From positions 110,484,001-110,548,000 of the forward strand of contig NC_043000.1 in NCBI RefSeq assembly GCF_006345805.1: a stretch of 64,000 nucleotides of DNA, written 5' to 3'. This stretch comes from Octopus sinensis. Its lineage: Eukaryota. The notes beneath the pieces are model-generated. The model was given only the letters and a program-made list of their open reading frames with translations. It did no database searches and was not told the DNA's origin. This document shows, one piece after another, positions 40,516 through 53,085 of the stretch. Both the position numbers and the translations under genes were made by a program. The first letter of the stretch is position 1. Each line of letters starts with the position of its first letter.

Positions 40516-40730
40516 TAAGGCGGCGAGCTGGCAGAATCGTTAGCGTGCTGGACGAAATGCTTAGCGGTGTTTTGCTCGTCGCTACGTTCTGAGTTCAATT
40601 TCCGCCGCGGTCGACTTTATCTCTCATCCTTTCTAAGTCAATAAATTAAGTACCAGTTGTACACTGGGGGTTGATGTAATCGACTCATCCCCTTCCCCCC
40701 AAATTACTGCCCTTGTGGCAAAATTAGCAA
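40516..40730 (+). mobile_element. SINE family A
   Basis: Full head and Meta-like core, preceded by (ATT)n. Confidence 0.8.
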
Positions 40731-41186
40731 ACTTTGTTATTGTTATTAGTAATTTTGTTGGTGGAATGGCCACGACTGGAATATCTTGCTCACAGATGTG
40801 TGTCCAACCGGCGTCTCATCATCATTGGCTGACCTGGAGTTAAACAGGAGCCGCAACAACAACTACAACGACAAAGCAATAACAAAACATCAACAAAAAC
40901 AACAGTAGCAATCTCGAAAAACAAAAGCAATTCACCAGCGACAACAGTAACAACAGCAATATGTACAACAACAACAACAACAACACCAGCAACAACAACA
41001 GCAACAGCAGCAACAGCAACAACAGTGGTAAACATTTTCTGATGAGAAACCTTTGCAAATGGCGGTATGATTGTCCTGTGAAGAAAATGGAGGGAGGAAA
41101 GATGAGAAGAGTCGCTGTCTGGTCTACGTCCTCTCTTCTCCCGCTCTTTCTCTCTTCTCTCGCTCTCTCTTTCTCTCCCTCCCTCC

Positions 41187-41220
<34 letters not shown>

Positions 41221-41329
41221 GTCTCTCTGTCATTAATTAGATTGGGTTGACCTTACTGGGGGGAAAACAATTACTCGGGGCGGGGAGGAATCGTTGAAAC
41301 ATGTCTCCTCTATTACATTGTTGATAGTA

Positions 41330-41981
41330 TTACGACGACGACGACGACGACCACCACCACCACCACCACCACGACCACCACGACCACCACGACCACCACT
41401 ACTACTACTATCAACGTTATCATTCACACGTTACCAGCATCATCATCACCACCACGAGCGGACAATTATTACCATCGCCATCGCCGCCGCCACCGCCACT
41501 ACCACTGCCGAAACAACCACCATCCCCATATCTGTTACCATGATCCCATGCACCACCACGACAACGACGACGACGACGACGACGACGCACCACCACCCCC
41601 ACTACTACTACTACTACTACTACTAATATCAACGTTATCATTCACACTTACCATCACATCGCTGCCACCGCCGCCGCTACCACTGCCGACACCCCATCAC
41701 AACATCACTGTCACCATGATCCCATGCACCACCACCACCACCACCACCACCACCACCACACCACGACACCACGACCACCACGACCACCACTACTACTACT
41801 ATCAACGTTATCATTCACACGTTACCAGCAGCATCATCACCACCACGAGCGGACAATTATTACCATCGCCATCGCCGCCGCCACCGCCACTACCACTGCC
41901 GACACCACCATCCCCATATCTGTTACCATGATCCCATGCACCACCACGACAACGACGACGACGACGACGACGACCACCACC

Positions 41982-42015
<34 letters not shown>

Positions 42016-42200
42016 TACTACTAGCAACGTTATCATTCACACATTACCATCACCATCGCTGCCACCGCCGCCGCTACCACTGCCGACACCCCCATCACCA
42101 TCACTGTCACCATGATCCCATGCCCACCACCACCACCACCACCACCACCACCACCATTATTACTACAATCATCACATGCATCATCACCACTATCATCCTC
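41330..42200. repeat. Higher-order A-B-A-B minisatellite interleaved with ACC/ACG/ACT trinucleotide runs
   Basis: Units start (T)CAACGTTATCATTCACAC at ~41410, 41628, 41801 and 42025; each ends CCATGATCCCATG. Confidence 0.85.
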
Positions 42201-43089
42201 TGCATTACTCCCACCATCATCCCCCACCATTACTATATTTCACTCCAACTGACGACACCGATTCACAACACGTCTTCAGTTGTTCTCGAATATTCTCACA
42301 CCCCTCCTCCTCCTCCCCTCCACCCACTTCTCTATTGAGCCTATCTCTCTCTGTCCCTACCCATCATTATCTCTTTCCCTATCATTCACTGCACCCCTCC
42401 ACACCCCTTCTTTTATCATTCTCTTAAACTCCCACCCATCCCTTCTACCGAATTCCACCCCCCCCCACCTCTTTGCCGTAATCTCTCTCGCATTCTCTCC
42501 CACACTGCCAATCTCTCACAGAACTCTAGAGCGTGCGTCAGTGGCAACTGTTAACATTTTAAGGTAAAATAACTCCGGAACCCGGCTTCCAAATTACTTC
42601 CTCACACAATTGTCAATGACACAAAGCCTGATATTTGGTCCAAAAACTCTAATGGCTGCTGCTGCCGCCTTCTCAATGCAAATTAAGGCTGATCGTCTCA
42701 GTACACAGAACACGCAAAACAAACGATCCCACTGAACTACGTGTTACTAGAACTCGTTCACGTAAAGTCCGCCATCCGTTGCCCCTGTGGCAGAATGTAT
42801 AAACCATAATCACTTTCGTCCTTATTAAAGCAAATGAAATAAAAAAAACAAAAAAATTTAAAGAAAATATAAAACAACAAAAGTTCAAGAAACGTTCACG
42901 GTTCGCATTATTTGGCTGACACTTAAAGAAGGAAAGAAGATCTGGAGTAACAGCATAACTCTTCGGATAGAATTCCTTCTTCAGATACTAGAGAAATGTT
43001 CAGGGAGAGACTGACACGGGAAGGGGGAAAAGGAGAATAAAAAAGAGAGAAGTGTGTCACGTCTGTCCGATCACTACTTTGGAGTGGCA

Positions 43090-43285
43090 CATATATATAT
43101 CAACGTGTGTGCCTGTGTTTGTTTTTGTCCTCCAAAACAACTTGGGAACCACTTGGTTTGTTTACGTCCCCATAACAGTGGTTCGACAAAAGAGACCGAG
43201 AGAATATGTAGCAGACTTTAAAATTATAAATAGAACTCCTGGGGGCAGTGTCTCAGCATGACCGTCGAGAAATGACTGAAATCGG
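43090..43285 (+). mobile_element. 3' half of SINE family B, diverged
   Basis: GTTTACGTCCCC..GGTTCGACAAAAGAGACCGA..CAGCATGACCG..AAATGACTGAAA. Confidence 0.55.
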
Positions 43286-43302
43286 TAAAAATATAAAAAG
43301 GT

Positions 43303-43343
<41 letters not shown>

Positions 43344-44049
43344 CGCGCACACAATTTAGAATTAATTGCCGCCTAAATGTAATATACGTTTGTGCGTGCA
43401 TGTTATCTTTGTGTTTACATGTGTGTATGTGTGTGTGTGTGTGCGCGTGTGTGTGTGTATGTGTGCATATGTGTATGTATTTGTGTATATGTATGCGTAT
43501 TTGTGCGTGGATGTGTGTGCATCATGTTTTTTGCTACCCCCTTCCCTCTTAACTATTTCCTCTGACCGGCAAAACCTTATTGATTGGTTAAATTCTGTGT
43601 TAACTGCTGGTATTTCTTCTCCGTCCTCCATCAAAAAGGTTCCATTACAGACTTAGCTCTACAGACTTTCTTCAGACGCAGATTCTCTTTAAAAAATACA
43701 ATGTAAATAAACAGAGTGGCAACAGAAAAAGAAAACAGAAATAAAAAAATTAAAATGTCTGCCATTTTCTTCAACTTTATCAAGCTTTATGAGATGGCCT
43801 TACAAATTTTCAGCAGAAATTACTAATGTTGCCATATAAACGAGGAAATAATTATTTTCATAATCCATCTCAGAATTAAAAGGGGAAAAAAGGAAAGAAA
43901 AAGAAAAGAAGAAAGAAAGAAAGAAAAGAAAAGTCTAAGCTCAATAAAGTAAAGGGTGGGGGATAGTCGATTACACCTACCTCAATACATTACTGGTATT
44001 TGTTCATCGACTACGAAAAGTTGAAAGGTAAAGCCGACCTCGTTGCGTA

Positions 44050-44584
44050 AACGGGGGCGTGTCTTAAACAACCATAAGTGCTCTTTTAGGAAACCAGAAA
44101 GGCGCAACATCACGTCCTTGGACAGCCGCGTCTGGAGCTTAAATGTGGAAAGAACCCCATACATAATCAAATGGAAGCCCCTTGAACAACCTGGGGCTAA
44201 TATAAACGGGAGCAAACAATGTAAGATTTGTTTGACTGAGAGGGCAAAAATCCTAAAAACTCGCTCGACCTCGAGGACCTTTTTAAACTCCAGGAAAGAG
44301 ATAATTAGTCAAAGACCTCATCAAAAACGTTTCCTCATCAAAAACGCTACCCATTCGTCGAATATCGCCATGATCGGAGCCGATGTAAGGGGATAACCCC
44401 GTCCTGCAGCATGAGCAAATACTTTTTGTTTTAGCACCAACTGACCATTACGTATTCCTTCCTCCAGTTTCTAGAGAGGTTATGCGCCTTCAGCCATTTG
44501 AATCTGACGAGTCGCCTATACTGCTAAGCGCTTTATCGGTGCAAAACCGATGTTACTTTAATATCTAGCCACAAATTTTAATTC

Positions 44585-44590
<6 letters not shown>
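44050..44590 (+). mobile_element. Penelope-like element 3' fragment (C-terminus of GIY-YIG endonuclease ORF plus 3' pLTR)
   Basis: NNHKCSFRKPERRNITSLDSRVWSL..YIIKWKPLE..NGSKQCKICLTERAKIL..FLNSRKEIISQRPHQKRF resembles the PLE C-terminal HK.SF..T.LS..W.L..I.W..C.LCL.EK..LLN.R.E...C.H pattern. Ends ..TTCCTAA|(TA)n. Confidence 0.8.
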
Positions 44591-44662
<72 letters not shown>

Positions 44663-44669
44663 GAAGTTA

Positions 44670-44999
44670 ATATTCAAAATATTATAAATAGGAATAGAGG
44701 ATTATACAACCACCTAAGTTATACTTAGAATAAAGATTATCAAGAATAAGATTATCAATCACTAAACTCTTCAGTTCGCTTCAAAAACCCGTAGTGGTAA
44801 TCCCTTGAATAAAGCTGCATGGATACCTTTACCTTGGATGAATTTATAAGGCAATTGATCCAAATGGATGCATTTAAATGCTACATCTTAGCACATCTAT
44901 GCAGTAGAAACATATGTCGGTCTGAGATTTAAAGTGAATGTATTGTATATAATACTGTAATAAGCAATTTTTTGAGGGTGCATAATTCTCCAATCTTAC

Positions 45000-45053
<54 letters not shown>

Positions 45054-45384
45054 GTAAGATTGGAGAATTATGCACCCTCAAAAAACTTGCTTATTACAGT
45101 ATTATATACAATACATTCACTTTAAATCTCAGACCGACATATGTTTCTACTGCATAGATGTGCTAAGATGTAGCATTTAAATGCATCCATTTGGATCAAT
45201 TGCCTTATAAATTCATCCAAGGTAAAGGTATCCATGCAGCTTTATTCAAGGGATTACCACTACGGGTTTTTGAAGCGAACTGAAGAGTTTAGTGATTGAT
45301 AATCTTATTCTTGATAATCTTTATTCTAAGTATAACTTAGGTGGTTGTATAATCCTCTATTCCTATTTATAATATTTTGAATAT
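44670..45384. repeat. Palindrome with ~336-bp arms centred on a (TA)n tract
   Basis: 44670-45005 is the reverse complement of 45048-45384; I saw only one 1-nt indel. Confidence 0.92.
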
Positions 45385-45584
45385 ATACTGTGTATGTTGT
45401 ATAAAATCGAAGGAAGCGAACTCAGGATTTGAGTATTGAATGAAGTACAGTGAATTGTTTATTTTAAACAATTTCCCGTTGTTCCGTATCATTTGATGTT
45501 GTTAACAGAACCTGCATTATAGTAGAGTACTTGTAAAGTACCTGCCCGGATTCAAAATCTCTATTTCTTTATGTTTTATATATG

Positions 45585-45978
45585 AATGGCTGTGTGGTAA
45601 GTAACTTGCTTCCCAACCACATGGTTCCGGGTTCAGTCGCACTGCGTGGCACCTTGGGCAAGTGTCTCCTAGTATTGCCCCGAGCCGACCAAAGTCTTGT
45701 GAGTGGATTTGGTAGACGGAAACTGAAAGAAGTCCGTCGTATATATATATATATATATATGTATATGTATATGTTTGTGTGTCTGTATGTCCCCCGACAT
45801 CGGTTGACAACCGATGCTGGTGTGTTTACGTCCCCGTAGCTTAGCGGTTCGGCAAAAATGACCGATAGAATAAGTATTAGGCTTACAAAGAATAAGTCCT
45901 GGGGTCGATTTGCTCGACTAAAGGCGGTGCTTCAGCATGACCGCAGTCAAATGACTGAAGCAAAAGAATAAAAGAAAA
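45585..45978 (+). mobile_element. CORE-type SINE family B, near full length
   Basis: GGCTGTGTGGTAAG..CACCTTGGGCAAGTG..(TA)n..GACAACCGATGCTGG..AAATGACTGAA. Confidence 0.85.
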
Positions 45979-45986
45979 GAATACAC

Positions 45987-46017
<31 letters not shown>

Positions 46018-47039
46018 TGTATATATATACATATATATATATATGCATGTATGTATGTGTTTGTGTGCGTCTCTGTGTATGTATGTATGTATGTATGCAA
46101 GTGTATGTGTGTGTATGTGTGTGCGTAGTTGTACGTTGGAATGCCTATGTGTGAGTGTGTGTCTTTGCATTTGTTCCCCATCGCCATTTGACAACTGGTG
46201 TTTGTTTTACGTTCCCAAAACTTGGCTGTTCGGCAAAAGAGAACCGATAGAATACGTACAAAGCTTTAAAAAGAGAAGAAACGTACAGCGGTCGATATGT
46301 TCGAGTAAACCTAGCGTGGCCGTGCCCCAGTATGGCCGTAGTCCAGTAATTGAAACGAGAAATAAATAAGAAAGATAAAAAAAAAATTAAAGCTATATAT
46401 TGAAGGTGATGGGGTGTGGTTTGAGGAGAATTTCTGTGTTATTGTGAGCACGAGGAAACAAAGTTGTTGTTGACTATATACAACAGCCACCATCTTGGTT
46501 TGTCTCCCCCACACCGCACCCCTGCACCCCTTCCTGGTGTTTGTCTTTCAGTAACGTCATCAAAATATTTGTGCATGAAAATTAGTGTCTCTAATGGCGA
46601 AACAATTCCCAGTGTATGTGTAATAAAGACTAACGACAACAATAATTATTTAACAACCATGAAAATTGTAATGTTAAACATTCATATAATTAAGTTTATT
46701 TTGCCCCAGGGAGGAAGAAGAATTAATGGACGGTTATGGAGCCTTGTAGGGGGAGGCTGGCGTGTAGGTGTTGAGACAGATTCTGCTTTGCCTGTGTAAA
46801 TTCTGGGGCGAATAATGGGTATTAATTAAAGTTCTGTATTTCTGACCTTATGAATAACACGTGTGGTTTAGTGGTTAGGTCGTTGGATTCCGGCACTGGT
46901 TGGGTTCGATTCCGGCACTGGACGGTGCCCTGTGTCTTTGAACAGAGCGCTTTTTTTTTCACGTTTCTAAAATCTATCCGAGTCGCAGTGGAGTGCTGGT
47001 GAATCCCTCTCTCCACCTCCAGCTATCGCATCCTCGATG

Positions 47040-47540
47040 TTCTGCTAGGTGAAGGATGGCAGAGCGAAACAATGCTTATGCTTGCACACGACTCTAGAGG
47101 CATCTAAAACAATTAGCAGAAGCATGCCACTACTACAAGGTCCTTCAGTGACCCCGAGAGCCATACCAGTGGAGGGCAAGCACCTGATGGAGCCTCTTAT
47201 GCTCAACAGGTTAAAGGATAGAGGCCAGGCTAATATCAACCACATCTTCTCAGGGGTAAAAATGGGTTTGCGTAGGACCAACACCCCTACCTTGAAACAC
47301 GGAAAATCACCGAAGAATTGATGGTAATTCAAAACCAACAAGACCTGTGAAAAGACGGCTTTCCTTTAAGGGAACATGGTGCATTGAAGGTAAATACGAA
47401 AGGACAGGCCAAACCTAAAGGGAACCAGCATCCTGCAATATATATATCAGCTCTTGACCTGGAATCCACAAAGAAGAACAGATGAGAGGACGCCCTAAAC
47501 ATTATTGAAGGCGGGATATTGAGGCAGAATTGCAAAATCA
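47040..47540 (+). mobile_element. Possible RTE-type LINE 5' UTR / start of APE, decayed
   Basis: GGGTTTGCGTAGGACCAACACCCCTACCTTGAAAC resembles RTE 5' UTR motifs, and ..CTTGACCTGGAATCC.. resembles T-W-N. Recognition by memory only. Confidence 0.35.
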
Positions 47541-47884
47541 AGGATCCAATTGGAGAGAAGCAGAAAATGGTTGAGAATCGCCGCTCAACAACCTTTGTTT
47601 ATGGTTTTTGAAATTTGAATAAATTCTATTTCTTTTCAAACATATATTGGCGAAGTGCCAACAAGGAACAAAACACCTAAAAAACGAATTTGTTTGACAA
47701 CCCAACAATGTGACGGACGCTGTGAAAACGTTTTTAACTCAGACTTTAAAATGCTTTTAATTGATGGTCGGTGAGGTCAAGGGAGTCCTTGAATTACTTT
47801 CTGTAGCTTGTTTTATTTTCGAATTATGTTGACTAAAATCCAGACGAAAATTCTATGTAACAAATTGTCTATATCCTTTAACTT

Positions 47885-48075
47885 TTACTTCATTGGACTG
47901 CAGCCATCTTGGGGCACCACCTTGAAGGATTTTACATTGAACAAATTTACCCCTAAGTACATCATTTGCGTTTGAAGTCAGGTACATATTCTATTAGTCT
48001 CCTTTGCCGAGCTGCTAAGTTACGGATATGTAAACAAACCAAAGCTGGTTGTCAAGCTGTTGTAGGGCACACACA
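47885..48075 (-). mobile_element. 3' half of SINE family B
   Basis: Reverse complement of the family B 3' module, running into (CA)n. Confidence 0.65.
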
Positions 48076-48083
48076 CGCACGCG

Positions 48084-48157
<74 letters not shown>

Positions 48158-48172
48158 ATCTAAAAGTACGTT

Positions 48173-48341
48173 AATTTCTCTCCTGTCAACTCTTATCTGA
48201 AGAATATGTCTGAAGCTTTAGTTTTTCCACTCACCGCAGCAAGTTCACTGTTTTTTTTTGTTGATTTTACTAAATTATACAATTCCCTTTCTCTCTCACC
48301 CCCTCACTAGATATATACATACATACATACACACATCTCTA

Positions 48342-48422
<81 letters not shown>

Positions 48423-48429
48423 GTATATA

Positions 48430-48460
<31 letters not shown>

Positions 48461-48507
48461 ATGAATGTATGTATGTATGTATGTATGTATGTATGTATGT
48501 ATGTATG

Positions 48508-48554
<47 letters not shown>

Positions 48555-48743
48555 ATATATATATATATATATATGTATAATTAATAAAAATATCCGAGAA
48601 AAAAGACAAGAAAAAAACAACAACGTGAGGACATGGTACATATAAAGTATAAGATAGATGCTCAGAGAAGGAAAGAGTGGTTGTTTATATATATGTGTGT
48701 GTGTGTGTGTATGTGTATACATATATATATATATATATATATA

Positions 48744-48783
<40 letters not shown>

Positions 48784-48967
48784 TAGAGATGTGTGTATGT
48801 ATGTATCTATGTATGTATGTATATTTCGAGTGAGGGGGTGAGAGAGAAAGGGAGTTGTATAATTTAGTAAAATCGACAAAAAAAAAAAACAGTGAACTTG
48901 CTGCGCTGAGTGGAAAAACTAAAGTTTCAGACATATTCTTCAGATAAGAGTTGACAGGAGAGAAATT
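48173..48967. repeat. ~135-bp inverted repeat pair converging on a ~520-bp microsatellite/PLE-tail spacer
   Basis: 48173-48308 is the reverse complement of 48829-48967 with few mismatches. Confidence 0.85.
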
Positions 48968-49124
48968 TGGAGCAAAGCCCTTCTTCGGAAATAGGAGACA
49001 TAGGAAAGTCCAAAAGAAAAGGAAGAAGGAGGAAAAAGATCACCAATAATCCACGTTACACGATGGGCTTCCATAGTTTTTGCGTTTATCAAGTTTATTC
49101 ACAAAGCACTGGTTGGTCTGCAGC

Positions 49125-49480
49125 ATAGGGGAAACGAACCTGAAACCACGAGGTCGCACAGCGATGCTGCAGAGTTTTCTCACGCAGCCGTGAGCTTCCT
49201 CAATACAACCGAATGCAATGGGTGAGAGAAACAATTTCAGTGTTGAATCTGTAGTAATTCTTTTACCGAAAGCGGTAACATGAAGCAACCTATCAGGATG
49301 CGTAGTGGAGAGAAGCCATTCAGCTGTAACACACTGAGAAAAAAAATTGATGCATCCGGATGTAAGATTGCACCAAGAGACACTCTAGTGTAACGTATTA
49401 CAGGTTGTGACTGTGGGAAGTGGTTTATATGTTGTAGCCAGATGCAAGAGGATCAGCGAATGTATACGGGAGAGAAGCCA
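49125..49480 (+). pseudogene. Decayed C2H2 (Kruppel-type) zinc-finger array
   Basis: 49226 onward: EKQFQC*ICSNSFTESGNMKQPIRMRSGEKPFSCN; later CDCGKWFICCSQMQEDQRMYTGEKP. Linkers are retained, His ligands are mutated, and there is an in-frame TGA. Confidence 0.75.
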
Positions 49481-49599
49481 GGTTTGCGGCAAATACGTGG
49501 CTCGAAGCAGCACGTTTATAGAACGCTAAAATAAAAGAAAAACAACAAAAAAATAACATCACACACCACACACACACACAGAATGAAGCTAAAAGCTAG

Positions 49600-49890
49600 C
49601 AGAGCATACACTCCGGCTGCCAGTACAACGCCATTCTAAAACAGCCTTCAAACGAGCGGCACCAGAGAAAGAGAGGATGACCGAAAAATAGATGGAGCAG
49701 AACATTTATAATCGACATGAGAGAGAGAGAGGCCAGTATCACATGACTGAGAGGCCTGCATGGTGTGGATGTGGTTGTCTTTAAAACAAAACTGGATCTC
49801 CTCCAGTCAAAGGTTCCAGATGACCCTTCCTCACGGCAGGAAACACAGATTGAGGTAGTGGCTTGAAACTCCCTCATTCACCAAAAGCCA
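49600..49890 (+). mobile_element. CR1/L2-group LINE 3' end fragment
   Basis: VFKTKLDLLQSKVPDDP....A*NSLIHQ matches the FK..LD..L..VPDEP..NSL C-terminal motif. Confidence 0.6.
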
Positions 49891-50336
49891 CATATCAGAG
49901 GAAGTTTCGAATAATGATGTATCACAACCATACACACTCACACACATACAAACATACACGCGCACAGTCACACATATAGACACAGTCTTTAGGCACATAT
50001 AACACTCACACAAACACAAACAATAAAAACAGCGAATATTTGCCATACCTTGCCTTGGTCTGTGCGCATTATTTGTCTCTCAACCTGTCTACATTGAAAC
50101 GCATGTGTAACTCTGAAACATGCGTAGAGTGGCGTGCATCGAGGCATGTCTACATCAATGACTTTATGAAACCAAACCGCGTGTCTGGAGTTATCTATGT
50201 TGTTCATTGTTTTTCTGCTCCCCCTGCCGCTCAAACACATAAACTTTGTACTTATATATTGAGATCTAACTACGAGATAGGAAACGGTGAATTCATTGCC
50301 ACGTTTAACTTACACACGTGGACTCACGCACACACA

Positions 50337-50367
<31 letters not shown>

Positions 50368-50394
50368 CATCATCATCTCTTTCATCGGTTATCA

Positions 50395-50585
50395 TGTACT
50401 TTCTTTTCAGCCATTAGACTGCGGCCATGCTGGGGCACCGCAATGAAGGGTTTTAGTCAAACATATGCAGCCCAGTATTTAGGCTTGTATTAAGATTTGT
50501 TTTATCGGGACCCTTTTACCGAACAGCTAAGTTACGGGGACGTGAACACACTAACACTGGTTACCAATTGGTGGTGGGGAGCAGA
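50395..50585 (-). mobile_element. 3' half of SINE family B
   Basis: CAGCCATTAGACTGCGGCCATGCTGGGGCACCGC..GCTAAGTTACGGGGACGTGAACAC is the reverse complement of the family B tail. Confidence 0.7.
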
Positions 50586-50984
50586 TAATGCGCGCACGGA
50601 CATACACACACACACATGCACACGCACGTACACAGACACATTCTTTCTTTCACGTACACACGCACTCAAACTCCCACCACACTCACACACACATCCTTAC
50701 ACCCCTTCCCCCCACGTAATTGGAGTTGGACAGACTCGACTGATACGCCTTTCTCCCATAACATAATTGTATTACATTGACAATCTTTGTTGTGGGTCAA
50801 AACCTTTGAAATAATCGAAATATTTTAGGCGAACATTGTCATAAAACATAATGAATGCTTGGGAAAATGATTAAACATTGTGGTTATACGGAGCTGACTA
50901 ATTTGATTGTAATATATTACTGGTATTATACTTATATTTTGCCAATTAACATTAAAAAAATAAAATAATTTAGATAAATAGAAT

Positions 50985-51259
50985 TATAATAATAATAATA
51001 GTAATAATAATAATAATGATAATGGTAATAATAATAATAATAATAATAATATAATAATAATAATAACAATAATAATAATGATAATAATAATAATAATGAT
51101 AATAATAATAATAATAACAATAATAATAATGATAATAATAATAATAACGATAATAATAATAATAATGATAATAATAATAACAATAATAATAATGATAATA
51201 ATAATAATGATAATAATAATAATTATAATAATAATAATAATAATGGTAATAACAATAAC

Positions 51260-51291
<32 letters not shown>

Positions 51292-51463
51292 TAATAATAA
51301 TGATAATAATAATAATAATAACAATGATAATAATGATAATAATAATAATAATAATAATAATGATAATATATAATGGTAATAATAATAATAATATAATATC
51401 AATAATAATAATGATAATGATAATATAATAATAATAATAATGATAATAATAATAATAATAATG

Positions 51464-51503
<40 letters not shown>

Positions 51504-51733
51504 TAATAATAATAATGATAATAATGATAATAATGATAATAATAATAATGATAATAATAATAATGATAATAATAATAATGATAATAATGATAATAATAAT
51601 GATAATAATAATAATGGTAATAATGATAATATTAATAATAATAATGATAATGATAATAATAATAATGATAATAATAATAACAATACTACTACTACTACTA
51701 CTACTACTACTGCTACTACTACTAATAATAATA

Positions 51734-51821
<88 letters not shown>

Positions 51822-51830
51822 AAGAAGAAC
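50985..51830. repeat. ~850-bp (AAT)n array with GAT/AAC/ACT variants, ending in (AAG)n
   Basis: Direct reading; source of the poly-I/L/M ORFs. Confidence 0.95.
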
Positions 51831-51840
51831 GAACGAACGA

Positions 51841-52749
51841 ATTACATCAAATACAGAATAGAAAACATTTAAAAGTGATAAATGCAGAATTTGTGAACAA
51901 AATGGTGAAACCATAAGGCATATTACCAGCCAATGTAGGCCACTAGCCCAGAAAGAATATAAGAGACGTCATGACAATATAGCAAGGATTGTCCATTGGA
52001 CACTTTGCAACAAATATGGATTTGACAGAGCAGAAAAGTAGTACGAACATAAACCTGAAGGCATCATAGAAAATGATAACGCAAAGATCCTGTGGGATTT
52101 TATGATTCAATAATAACAATATAATAATGATAATAATAATAATAATAATAATAATAAAATAATAGTAATAATAATAATATAATATAATAATAATAATAAT
52201 AAAATAATAATAATAATAATATAATAATAATAATGATGATAATATAATAATAATAATATAATAATAATAATAATAATATAATAATAATAATGACGATAAT
52301 AATAATAATATAATAATAATAATAATACTAATAATAATATAATAAAATATATAATAATAAAATAATAATAATAATACTAATAATAATATGCCAATACACA
52401 CAGATAGAGAAATTAAGACCAATAGGCCAGATATAGTTGTCAGAGATCATGAAGAAAAAAATGCTTTCTAATTGATGTATCAATACCAGCAGACGACAAC
52501 GTATCTCTAAAAGAAATGGAGAAACTTTCAAAATACAAAGACCTGGAAATAGAGGTAACACGAATGTGGAATTTAAAAACAGAAACAATTCCTATCATAG
52601 GTATGAAAGAAAAATATTCAGACAAATACATAACAAAAACCCCAGGACTTACAAATATATATAACACAGAAAATTGCTTTATTGGGCACTGCACACATCC
52701 TACGCAGAACACTTTCAATACAGTAACCATCAGAGCATCACAACAAATC
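51841..52749 (+). mobile_element. Dong/R4-clade LINE C-terminal fragments (51841-52110 and 52388-52749) split by ~280 bp of (AAT)n
   Basis: KCRICEQNGETIRHITSQC..EYKRRHDNIA..ILWDFMIQ | MPIHTDREIKTNRPDIVV..CFLIDVSIP..EKLSKYKDLEIEVTRMW. Contains a stop and frameshifts. Confidence 0.88.
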
Positions 52750-53085
52750 TGAGTTCAAATTCCGCCGAGGTCGACTTTGCCTTTCATCCTTTCGAGGTCG
52801 ATTAAATAAGTACCAGTTACGCACTGGGGTCGATATAATCGACTTAATCCGTTTGTCTGTCCTTGTTTGTCTCCTCTGTGTTTAGACCCTTGTGGGTAGT
52901 AAAGAAATAGGTATTTCGTCTGTCGTTACGTTCTGAATTCGAATTCCGCCGAGATCGACTTTGCCTTTCATCCTTTCGGGGTCGATAAATTAAGTACCAG
53001 TTGAGTGCTGAGGTCGCTGTAATCGACCAGGCCCCTTCCCCTGCCCTAAATTTCAAGCCTTGTGCCTTTAGTAGAAAGGATTATT
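52750..53085 (+). mobile_element. SINE family A, two tandem modules, 5'-truncated
   Basis: Two B-box/Meta modules with the standard spacer. Confidence 0.85.
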
